Virus record (IMG/VR): IMGVR_UViG_3300048591_000242
Span: 96,001-160,000 of that record
DNA from: a virus
Lineage: Duplodnaviria > Caudoviricetes
Reading direction: 5' to 3' (one strand)
DNA length: 64,000 bases
The notes below the pieces were generated by a model that had not been told where the DNA came from, ran no database searches, and worked only from the letters and a program-made list of their open reading frames with translations. Below are positions 51,519-60,321 of the stretch, piece by piece (the stretch's first letter is position 1; the number at the start of each line of letters is the position of its first letter). A program made the translations under genes and the position numbers.

Positions 51519-52655
51519 GTGGGTATTAAACAGAAACCGTATGTTTTAAATCTAGCCTTTATCTCAGATATACATCTAGGTAATCCTAGAGTACCTACGC
51601 ATGACATTATATCTAGGCTAGAAAAGGCATTTCCCTCTAATGCAAAAACAGGGGAATTAGATATACTTTTTATAGGGGGAGATTTATTTGATCAAATATT
51701 GAATCTTCCTGAGAATCAAGTAACTGAGATTCACCTATGGATGTATAGGCTTCTAGGCATATGTAAAAAATGGGATATAAAGCTTAGAGTACTGGAAGGT
51801 ACGCCATCTCACGATAGAGGACAAAGTGCGTTATTTGATACAGTAAACACCGTTAGTAAAATAGGTGCTGACTGCAAGTATATAGACAGACTATCCATAG
51901 AGCACATGGACGATCTGGATTTGGATATTCTCTATATACCAGATGAATGGCGACATGATCCGGATGATACCTGGAGCGATGTACAGGAGGCACTGAATAA
52001 AGCAGGCATTGATAAAGTAGATTATTCCATAATGCACGGGGTATTTGAACATCAGCTCCCTGCCCATCTTAGAATACCCACACACATCGGTTCTAGGTAT
52101 TTAGGCATTACAAGGAAGTATATCTCCATAGGCCATCATCACACCATGGTGGTGAGGGATAGGATCATAGCACAAGGCTCTTTCGATAGGCTAAGGCATG
52201 GGGAAGAAGAGGCTAAAGGTTTCTTTAAAGTAACCTCTAGGGATAGAGTAAAGTGCGATAATGATACTTTGCTATTTGTAGAGAATAAGGAAGCAGCTAC
52301 CTTTAAAACCATTAACTTAGTGGGTATGGACGAGGACACTATAAAAAACAGGCTGAATGAAGTTTGCTTATATAGGCAGGGTTCGCACATTCGTGTAGTT
52401 ATAGATAAATTCTCACCTAGTATGGGTCTGGTACAAAGCTATATTAAAGCTAAAGTGGAATTTAAGTGGTCTACTGTAGCAGAAGGAGAGACAGGTAGCA
52501 AGGAGATAAAACCAGTGGAATTTGATAAAACCAAAATAGCTGTAGATATAGGTAAAAGAGATATCACGCAAGTACTAGAGACTCGTCTACGTACTAAGGG
52601 GCACTCTGATAAATTTATATCTAAGGCACTGTCTTTGTTGGAGGCTATTAAATGA
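51519..52655 (+). CDS. sbcD: SbcD/Mre11-like metallophosphoesterase nuclease
   Basis: SDIHLG, GGDLFD, GTPSHD, HG and GHHH motifs. Confidence 0.9.
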   Translation: MGIKQKPYVLNLAFISDIHLGNPRVPTHDIISRLEKAFPSNAKTGELDILFIGGDLFDQILNLPENQVTEIHLWMYRLLGICKKWDIKLRVLEGTPSHDRGQSALFDTVNTVSKIGADCKYIDRLSIEHMDDLDLDILYIPDEWRHDPDDTWSDVQEALNKAGIDKVDYSIMHGVFEHQLPAHLRIPTHIGSRYLGITRKYISIGHHHTMVVRDRIIAQGSFDRLRHGEEEAKGFFKVTSRDRVKCDNDTLLFVENKEAATFKTINLVGMDEDTIKNRLNEVCLYRQGSHIRVVIDKFSPSMGLVQSYIKAKVEFKWSTVAEGETGSKEIKPVEFDKTKIAVDIGKRDITQVLETRLRTKGHSDKFISKALSLLEAIK

Positions 52656-53443
52656 TTACTCGAGAATTAGGCGAGAAGGTGGCTGTCAGCATAGGCACTG
52701 CCATACCGATAGAGGAGCAGCTACTAAAGGAAAGTTTACCTATTAGTCATTTGTGGGTTAACCTTAGTACCATCTTTAGAAACTTATACGAAGCGTATGA
52801 TGATCCACAGATGATACCCAGGGGCAACCTTATAGGTGAGTTTATTGAGGAGTTGGAGAATATAGCTGGTTTGTTAAGTGGGATAGTGGAAGTGGTCTTC
52901 TATTCTACGGATTCTAGTTACCTACAACAGAAGTTCCCGCACGCTAATGTAAAGGTACCTACTACACCCAAACAGAAGTTATACGCCAACATGGAGCGTT
53001 TGGCTATAGCCGCTGCCACTAACAAGAAAACAGTACCTATAATTAAATGCAAATTAAAAATACCCGGTGATAATACTAGAGCATGGATACTAACCCATCA
53101 TCCTTTAGATTTAATCTCCAGGTATGAGTTTTCCGAATTGACATTACTTAGTAGCCACACCGGATCACTTAAGAAACCGGTAGAGTGGATAGCTAAGCTT
53201 ACTGCTAATCCGGAATATTTAAACATGCCGTTTAACCTACTTACTATACAGGTAGTAGGTGATAGGGCCACACAGTTTAAAGCCGGTAGCGCTATCTTTA
53301 GAAAGATGTTACTTAATGTAGCTAAGGGTGCTAACTGGAAACCAACTACTACCAGATCTAAAGTTAACCACGACTTGGATAAAATAATCGTCCCAGATGT
53401 AAGGGATATCTTTAAGAAAATGTTAAACGTAAAATTAACATAA
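52652..53443 (+). CDS. conserved core protein (phiKZ gp66-like)
   Basis: WVNLSTIFRN and LLSSHTG motifs; synteny. Confidence 0.65.
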   Translation: MITRELGEKVAVSIGTAIPIEEQLLKESLPISHLWVNLSTIFRNLYEAYDDPQMIPRGNLIGEFIEELENIAGLLSGIVEVVFYSTDSSYLQQKFPHANVKVPTTPKQKLYANMERLAIAAATNKKTVPIIKCKLKIPGDNTRAWILTHHPLDLISRYEFSELTLLSSHTGSLKKPVEWIAKLTANPEYLNMPFNLLTIQVVGDRATQFKAGSAIFRKMLLNVAKGANWKPTTTRSKVNHDLDKIIVPDVRDIFKKMLNVKLT

Positions 53444-53462
53444 TTGTGCTAGGAGAATATAC

Positions 53463-54242
53463 ATGACTACATTTAAAGCTATACCCAAGAAAAACGTAAC
53501 GGATGACCCTAAGTTAGCTCTGTTTGGGGAACCTTGGAGAGAAGGGGATTACAGTAAGAAACCTAGTATGAAGTTGAGAGTAATCAACTCTACGGGTAAT
53601 CCAAAATCGGAAGTAAAACAAAGCACAGTCGGTGTTTGGATTACCGTATATTTAAATCATCCAGATGAAAATGATGATGCAAAGAAAATTGACATCAAAA
53701 TGGATGCGGTCATATCGTCTACATTTATAGCTGCTATAGAGCGAGCTATAAAGAACCGAGAAGCCACTATGTTGGGTATAGATAACATGGGGTATACCTT
53801 TGTAGGGGGCAACAAGTCAGATAAGCCCACTAGCCTGGGTAAGGTATTTGTGGGTAGAAACGGTGAGGGAGTATTGTGTCTGGTGGTAGATGCACCCAAT
53901 AGACCAAGGGCTTTATTTCCGTTTACACCTACCTTTTGGTGGGCCCTTATTAATAAGAACGGGGATAAAATATCTGCCGTAGAGGCCTCTGAGTTGGTAG
54001 CAGAAGGCTGGGTAGCCATAGTGCGTCCTTTACTAGCTATGGCTGTAAAGGAAACCTACGACGACAAAGAAGCTGCACACAGAAAAGCTGAATTGGAGGC
54101 AAATCGTAACTCACAAGGCAATAGCGGTGGTTACAGCAAGCCGTATGAGAAGAAGAGCTACGATGACAAAAAGAGCTATGAAAAGAAACCGTATAACAAC
54201 CCAAAGCCAACCACCACAGATGTCTTTGATAGCATTCATTAA
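53463..54242 (+). CDS. chmC: ChmC-like nucleus-associated nucleic-acid-binding protein (phiKZ gp67-like)
   Basis: synteny between gp66- and gp68-like genes; folded N-domain plus low-complexity C-tail. Confidence 0.55.
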   Translation: MTTFKAIPKKNVTDDPKLALFGEPWREGDYSKKPSMKLRVINSTGNPKSEVKQSTVGVWITVYLNHPDENDDAKKIDIKMDAVISSTFIAAIERAIKNREATMLGIDNMGYTFVGGNKSDKPTSLGKVFVGRNGEGVLCLVVDAPNRPRALFPFTPTFWWALINKNGDKISAVEASELVAEGWVAIVRPLLAMAVKETYDDKEAAHRKAELEANRNSQGNSGGYSKPYEKKSYDDKKSYEKKPYNNPKPTTTDVFDSIH

Positions 54243-54250
54243 TTAACTAT

Positions 54251-54289
54251 TTTAGGTAAAGGGCTTAGGCTCTTTACCTAAAGTATGCC
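54251..54289 (+). terminator. hairpin + TATGCC element
   Basis: 14-bp stem. Confidence 0.6.
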
Positions 54290-54303
54290 TGGAGTACTGT
54301 AAA

Positions 54304-54852
54304 ATGAATAGTGAAAAAACAGTTAACATGCACACGGATATAGATGTGGCTAGATACTTATTAGCTACAGAAAACGCCAAACATATGTTTCTGGCATTAA
54401 GGGAAGCCATGTCGCCCTATGGCCAAGTAGATATGACCGTACATTGTGGCATATATACCAACAATGACAATCTGCTAGCAGCCATGTACAACTTATGTAT
54501 ACCTCTGGATTGCGTAAGAAACAATGAGGGCATAGGCAGTATAGTGTTGACGGTAGATAATAGGATATGCCCTACCTACAGATACGATCGTGAGAACAGA
54601 GTACTGGTGTTCGATATGGCCCATAACGGAAAACATGTTAAGGTACAAATACCGCCTATTCTAATTATGGGTATGTGCGTGCGGGATTATCCTAGCACTA
54701 GAGTTAGTGTATCTAACTATGGGATAAATGAGTTTATCTCTGTAGCCGGAGATATGGCTATTACTAAATGCCCTGAGACCATATACAAAAGAACGTTAAT
54801 AAAGGGACAGAAGAATTTACCAGATAACGTGGTTTCTATATTCAACAAATAA
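54304..54852 (+). CDS. SspB-like protein, paralog A
   Basis: RYLL..., IVLTV, VFDMAHNGKHVKVQIPP.LIMG.CVRD resemble the SspB fold. Confidence 0.5.
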   Translation: MNSEKTVNMHTDIDVARYLLATENAKHMFLALREAMSPYGQVDMTVHCGIYTNNDNLLAAMYNLCIPLDCVRNNEGIGSIVLTVDNRICPTYRYDRENRVLVFDMAHNGKHVKVQIPPILIMGMCVRDYPSTRVSVSNYGINEFISVAGDMAITKCPETIYKRTLIKGQKNLPDNVVSIFNK

Positions 54853-54864
54853 TGAGGTTTTACT

Positions 54865-55422
54865 GTGACTGATAATCTACCTTACCTTGAGTGTAACACT
54901 GAGCGATACCTAGCCAGCACTATAGCGGCTAAAGATTTATTTATGCATATGCGAAGCATTATGTCCAAGTATGGTACAGTACATGCCGCTATAAACTGTG
55001 GTACCTTTGTGAGTCCAACTGAGTTTATACCGGCGATGACCAATCTTAAAGTACCACAACCATACATAGAAAATCGAAATGGTGCCGGTGTCATGATTTT
55101 GTCTGTATCAGAAGGCTCGTGCATTCATTACGACTATGATCTGTCTAAACGAGTTTTTGTTTTTAATTTGAGTTTCGGAGGTGTAGCCACTGTAGTACAT
55201 ATACCGCCTATTTTAATAGTGGGTCTGTATGTTAAAGACCACCCAGCTACTGTATCTACCATATCTACATACTCACGAGATGAGTTTATTGGGGTAGCCA
55301 ACGGTATGGCAGTTGGTATATGTCCAGATGAGGTCTATAGAAATTTGTTTCTACCGGTACATGAACCTGTAGGTAATGTAGTTAGTATATTCGATAAAAG
55401 CAAGGGTAAGCCGTCTAAGTAG
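54865..55422 (+). CDS. SspB-like protein, paralog B
   Basis: FNLSFGGVATVVHIPP..IVGLYVKD parallels SspB FNARFGG..V.VP..AV..IYARE. Confidence 0.55.
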   Translation: MTDNLPYLECNTERYLASTIAAKDLFMHMRSIMSKYGTVHAAINCGTFVSPTEFIPAMTNLKVPQPYIENRNGAGVMILSVSEGSCIHYDYDLSKRVFVFNLSFGGVATVVHIPPILIVGLYVKDHPATVSTISTYSRDEFIGVANGMAVGICPDEVYRNLFLPVHEPVGNVVSIFDKSKGKPSK

Positions 55423-55471
55423 TATTTAACGGTACCTACGTATTGGGTAGACCCGTTTTAATAGAATGACA

Positions 55472-55483
55472 GGTATATATTAC
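55472..55483 (+). promoter_or_regulatory. phiKZ-type early promoter
   Basis: GGTATATATTAC. Confidence 0.7.
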
Positions 55484-55516
55484 CTACATGTAAACCAACC
55501 ACGCTAGGATGTTATC

Positions 55517-56953
55517 ATGGAAATAAAAATGAGTGAAATTGAAAAGAATATTCTTTTCGTCACCCACAGAGGGGAGAGTATTCGGTGCCCTACCTCCGGA
55601 TACTTTAAGAAACTATCAACCACAGGCAATAGCTTTGACCCATTAAACGAATACTGGGCCACACTTAGCACGCTGCATCAAGACGCCATATATGCGCTAT
55701 ACGCTGAAGCCAATATGGTTATCGAGGAAACCAATAGTTTTGACAGAACTAAAGCCGATTTGACTGATATCGTAGCTAGACTGTTTGATTTAATAGACTA
55801 CGGTCATCTAACTGATTGGGTACTTAGATATGGTAAGATTTCTTACAACAAAGATATCGCTACGTCCTATAGTGGTGTCTATGAAGAAAGATTAACTTAT
55901 CTAAAAGACGACTATGATGGTCTGGTTGTGCTATCCATGTTCTTTAAGATGCTTACACCTATATGGGGTTTATTCTCTGATACTTCACCTAATTTGGATA
56001 TGGGGTTTAAGGAGATAAATGCATTAGAGATGATGGATACGTCTAAGGTACATTCATTACCGGCCATGGCCAGATTAAAGGACTATTGTGAGGCATTGGT
56101 AAATAAAAACAAGAAGGGGATGACTCCTGCTATACTGGGTAGACATATTGGTACCAGTGAGGTACCTAAGTACTTTTTGGCGTTAGCCGTCGTGCGCAGG
56201 TTAGCGATAGGTGACATTAGAGACAACAAAGACACGTTGATAAAACTGGTTTATAAGTTTCTAAAGTCAAATATAGAAAACCTTAGCAAGGGTGTCAGGG
56301 ATAAGCGTGGGTACAGTAGTGACCCAGATGACCCAGAGTCAGTAGCAGAAAGATATCGTATTTCTCAGAGGGTACCAGATAACGATATTACTACTGCCGA
56401 GTCTTATGTAAAAGACATAGCTAGGTTTGTAACCGATGTATCGCCTACGGGTAATGTAGATAAAGCTATCGCTTATGTAAACGCTATTAAAAATAGCGCT
56501 AGCTTTAGCATAGCTGGATTTCACATACAGTTCATGGGACTAGTTTGTGATAGGGTTATAAGTCCTAGGACATGCAGATTAATGTCAAGAAATAGTTATT
56601 TAACTGTTTTGGGAGTTACCGCTGGTTGGTTATCTGATAACGGGTATCAACTACTGGCCAACATTATAATGTCGCCTAGATATGAAAGAGACCCTGAAGC
56701 CATGCAAATGCATTCGGTATCTGGTTTTGCTTTTACTGGATTAATTAAGGAAAACCGTGAAGCCTTGGATGCTATTTATAGCCACCAACAGCTAGACTTA
56801 CAGGGTAAATCTAAGGGTAACCCTGGAGTAATGATGATTGATATGATCGTGGAAGAAATAAATTCTTACGATTGGGATGAAACGTTAGTCGTACCACAGA
56901 ACATAAGGAACGACATAGCTGCACTGTTATTATACCGGGAGAACGCGCTGTGA
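55517..56953 (+). CDS. nvRNAP promoter-specificity (sigma-like) subunit, phiKZ gp68-like
   Basis: 478 aa; position upstream of the gp69-like gene. Confidence 0.65.
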   Translation: MEIKMSEIEKNILFVTHRGESIRCPTSGYFKKLSTTGNSFDPLNEYWATLSTLHQDAIYALYAEANMVIEETNSFDRTKADLTDIVARLFDLIDYGHLTDWVLRYGKISYNKDIATSYSGVYEERLTYLKDDYDGLVVLSMFFKMLTPIWGLFSDTSPNLDMGFKEINALEMMDTSKVHSLPAMARLKDYCEALVNKNKKGMTPAILGRHIGTSEVPKYFLALAVVRRLAIGDIRDNKDTLIKLVYKFLKSNIENLSKGVRDKRGYSSDPDDPESVAERYRISQRVPDNDITTAESYVKDIARFVTDVSPTGNVDKAIAYVNAIKNSASFSIAGFHIQFMGLVCDRVISPRTCRLMSRNSYLTVLGVTAGWLSDNGYQLLANIIMSPRYERDPEAMQMHSVSGFAFTGLIKENREALDAIYSHQQLDLQGKSKGNPGVMMIDMIVEEINSYDWDETLVVPQNIRNDIAALLLYRENAL

Positions 56954-58446
56954 GCTTAACAAATACCATAGAGTTAGTAAAGGCCTCATTCATAGGTGTA
57001 CCCTGTGAGGCAAACATGCACTATCGCCCATACAAGGCGACATTAGATACCGCTACATTAAATGAGGTAGCAGAAACTACCAGAGGTGGCACTAATATAG
57101 GGTCCAATGCATTTAGCGGTGTAGCTGGCAGAATCTTAGCGCCATCGAGTCAGTCTATGGGGGGTCTAATGATTCCATACGGCTGGGATCAGCGACGCTA
57201 CAGTGTTGTACTGGAGTTTGATGTGATAACGCCATTTGCCGTCGAGCGCTCTATTATAACTGGATATACCGGTTATGATGAGATCACTGCAACTGGCCAT
57301 TTAGATCCAAATATGCCCATATTTGTAAACAGTCACACCATAGCTACCGCTACTGCATTTAAGGATCAAATGGGTATTCGTCGTAACGCCTATAGAAGTA
57401 ATGGGGCCAAGCAAGTACTTAGTGGTGTACAGTACATTAACAATACTGACGGTAGTGTTAATACGGCTAGTACACCAATGCGTCCCTCAGATGCTTTGTT
57501 ATACAAACAAAGACAAGAGATGTGTCTGCTAAATAACGTTGTAGACGCTCGCTCTATGTTGGGAGATGGATATTTGTCATCTAACCGAGATAACGTTATT
57601 GGCAGTAAGTATTTATCTAAGGTCTGTATGGGCTATAGACAGGCGGCCTTATCCAATAGCGAGTATGCTGATACCGATGCGGTTATTTATGGAGATGCTG
57701 CTGAGGTATACGGTGTAGCTGAAAGCAACATAAACAAATCTTTGTTATTCCAAAGACTGAAGGCTCTTACTAGTTACGGACATAACAACTCCATAACTGT
57801 AGGTGAATTGGCTAGCGTATGGCCACAGATTCATGACGATACCACTAAAACGGTTATTCACATGACTCCTGGGCTACCAGAGACTACAGCTAACTGTAAC
57901 AACCACTGGGGTGGTGCTATAAAGGAAACTGCATTGGCATATATGCTTTGTCAATCAGTACCTGCATTGATGAGTACTTTACTATTTAGTGAGTTCTCTT
58001 TTGCTATGGATAACAAAACTATGGACGGCAGCGTACGTATAGCTCTATTAGGCATGCCTAAGTTCATTGTACCGATTCCAGATGACTTACATCGAATCCA
58101 GGCTATGGAGAGTAATCTAGTATCTGACGTAGCCGCACAAATTACTTCTAGTGGTGTAACTGATTTTGATGTAGTTATGACCTGTAGGATAATCGGTAGC
58201 AATCAAGTTACCATTTCTGTCAACGGAGGGGAAAGAATACCCTATAGCGCTCCGGCTTACTGTGATGCCATATACACACCTGTAATGGGTGAGAGCGCCG
58301 ATTCATTAGTTAATTTAGGTAATGACATCGGTTATATGCTACATGGTATATTTGGAGACAGCCACAATAGGTCCAATATACAGCAGCCTGCGGTAGCGTG
58401 GGATGACATTAACGATACACCCGACATATACCTAGGGGGAATGTAG
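56950..58446 (+). CDS. picA: nuclear import factor PicA/Imp1 (phiKZ gp69-like)
   Basis: RPY, GW...RY, P.YCD motifs; synteny in the gp68-69-70 block. Confidence 0.65.
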   Translation: MSLTNTIELVKASFIGVPCEANMHYRPYKATLDTATLNEVAETTRGGTNIGSNAFSGVAGRILAPSSQSMGGLMIPYGWDQRRYSVVLEFDVITPFAVERSIITGYTGYDEITATGHLDPNMPIFVNSHTIATATAFKDQMGIRRNAYRSNGAKQVLSGVQYINNTDGSVNTASTPMRPSDALLYKQRQEMCLLNNVVDARSMLGDGYLSSNRDNVIGSKYLSKVCMGYRQAALSNSEYADTDAVIYGDAAEVYGVAESNINKSLLFQRLKALTSYGHNNSITVGELASVWPQIHDDTTKTVIHMTPGLPETTANCNNHWGGAIKETALAYMLCQSVPALMSTLLFSEFSFAMDNKTMDGSVRIALLGMPKFIVPIPDDLHRIQAMESNLVSDVAAQITSSGVTDFDVVMTCRIIGSNQVTISVNGGERIPYSAPAYCDAIYTPVMGESADSLVNLGNDIGYMLHGIFGDSHNRSNIQQPAVAWDDINDTPDIYLGGM

Positions 58447-59819
58447 TGAAACCTATAGTAAAGTTCTATAAACAATTTTTACAAGACTTAGGCCTTACCA
58501 TTGGTGACGATGATGAGGTGATGTTGGTGGTAAAGGGACATGACCCTATACACATTAAAGTGAACGTTAAACGGGGTAAAGTATTTAAGCAGTTGCCTTT
58601 GTACTTACCCACTGACAGACATTTAAACGTGGATAATGGGGATAAGGTCTATTTTCATCCAGCAGGGGAGAGTTGTTCTCGCGGGCAAAGTGAGGTATTT
58701 AATGCTACACTTAAAATTGCTACTGAACGTATGTTTGCAGCAGTTACCTGTACAGTAGATAGTTTGCTTAAGCTGTGTGCCGATAGGGAGGCGCATAGTA
58801 ACTCTAATGTTACTGTAGAGGCAGTGGAGCTATTAAGAGACGTAGGGGATGTATCTAAGCCTACAGTAGAGCAGTGGAAATCTTTATTTAAGAAGACTAC
58901 TGGGTATACTGGGGAAAGACCGATTATGTCGGTAGTAGTAGGTAGAAATAAAACCATAGATAAGGTTAGTTATTCTAGAATCTGTGGTGTGCGTTTACCT
59001 ATATTAGACAGTGCTGACATGTATGACATAAAGCTAACTAAGACTGCCCAGATGGCAATACGTAAGTCATTTGATTTGGTTTTAGGTAGTGAGCCTTGTG
59101 TTAACGGTAGTAACTCTCCTACAGCACCATACTTCATGGCATTGGCCAAAACCTATCATCAAGTAATGACCAGCGTTATGTCTGTGGTTCGTATTATAGA
59201 GCCATACATGCATGGTGAAGTTAAGTTTGATGGCCGGTGGCTAAAATCTCTGGATAAACTACATGACTGGTATAGAAACGACTTCTATATTCAGTTAGAA
59301 GGTAATTTGGGTTTAGGTAAGACCGTAGAGGAAGAAGACAAACCTGCAAGTAATACACAGGCTCCCCAACGTATCCTTACTGAAGCTAGACAGGACTCTA
59401 GTGAATCCAGTGTGCGTCCAGTACAAATGCCTACACAGCAGCACGTGGAGCCTATACAGGTACCGGTAAAAGAGCCTGTGCCAGATGACGGCATACCGAG
59501 ATTCAAACCACCCACTGGCGCTACGTTGCCTCCTCCATTACCTGCATACCAGCAATATGGTTACGGGCAACAGCCACAAAACAACGATACTTACTTTGAT
59601 AGCCGTACCGGTACATACCGACCCAGGGGCAGCAACAATGTGGCGCCTAATCAGCAGCCGCAGTACCAGCAACCCCAGCAATATCCACCTGGGTACGCTC
59701 CACCACAACCACAGTACGTACCACCACCGACCTATCAACAACCACAACAGCCTATGGGTTATCCACCACAAGTGCAGCCTATAGCGTATGACCAATACGG
59801 GAGACCAATATACAGGTAA
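58446..59819 (+). CDS. conserved core protein (phiKZ gp70-like) with P/Q/Y-rich tail
   Basis: FHPAGE...GQSEV motif; synteny. Confidence 0.65.
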   Translation: MKPIVKFYKQFLQDLGLTIGDDDEVMLVVKGHDPIHIKVNVKRGKVFKQLPLYLPTDRHLNVDNGDKVYFHPAGESCSRGQSEVFNATLKIATERMFAAVTCTVDSLLKLCADREAHSNSNVTVEAVELLRDVGDVSKPTVEQWKSLFKKTTGYTGERPIMSVVVGRNKTIDKVSYSRICGVRLPILDSADMYDIKLTKTAQMAIRKSFDLVLGSEPCVNGSNSPTAPYFMALAKTYHQVMTSVMSVVRIIEPYMHGEVKFDGRWLKSLDKLHDWYRNDFYIQLEGNLGLGKTVEEEDKPASNTQAPQRILTEARQDSSESSVRPVQMPTQQHVEPIQVPVKEPVPDDGIPRFKPPTGATLPPPLPAYQQYGYGQQPQNNDTYFDSRTGTYRPRGSNNVAPNQQPQYQQPQQYPPGYAPPQPQYVPPPTYQQPQQPMGYPPQVQPIAYDQYGRPIYR

Positions 59820-59820
59820 T

Positions 59821-59868
59821 GGCATAAAGATACTCACTCCCACTAAAAGGGAGTGAGTATACTTATCG
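59821..59868. terminator. bidirectional hairpin element
   Basis: perfect 12-bp stem between convergent genes; GGCATA flank. Confidence 0.7.
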
Positions 59869-59881
59869 CTCTATTTTATTT

Positions 59882-60226
59882 TTATAATCTACCACTAGCA
59901 CTAAGGTGTCTATCCAGAATACCAGTTATGGTGGAAGGTCTAATTATTTTGATTTGCATGTTTGGGTCTAGATAGTCGCCACTGGAATGTAATTCATTTA
60001 CTCTTAGAGTTATCCAATGTAAATGCTCTCTTACACCTAGCTCTATAAGTAATCCAGTAAAGTCACCTTTGTATTTACTGTACTGTCTGCCACTAGGAGT
60101 CTCTACTCTTTCTATGCCACTTACACGAATTAAATCTAAATGATCTTCTATTACTTGACGAAATTCAGGACTATGAAACTCAACAGGGCCCATATCCCTG
60201 GCTGTTCTTATAATAGACATTGTCAT
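59882..60226 (-). CDS. conserved small protein, possibly LysM/gp53-like baseplate component
   Basis: F..VIEDHL..I, KY.GDF.GLL..L, HWITLRVN pattern. Confidence 0.5.
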   Translation of the reverse strand: MTMSIIRTARDMGPVEFHSPEFRQVIEDHLDLIRVSGIERVETPSGRQYSKYKGDFTGLLIELGVREHLHWITLRVNELHSSGDYLDPNMQIKIIRPSTITGILDRHLSASGRL

Positions 60227-60277
60227 GTTGTTATACCCTAGATTATGATTTATATATTATCGTCTAACCGATTGTTA

Positions 60278-60289
60278 AGTATATATTAC
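60278..60289 (+). promoter_or_regulatory. phiKZ-type early promoter
   Basis: AGTATATATTAC. Confidence 0.65.
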
Positions 60290-60321
60290 TTAAATGTAAG
60301 ACAACCACTATAAAAGGAGAA

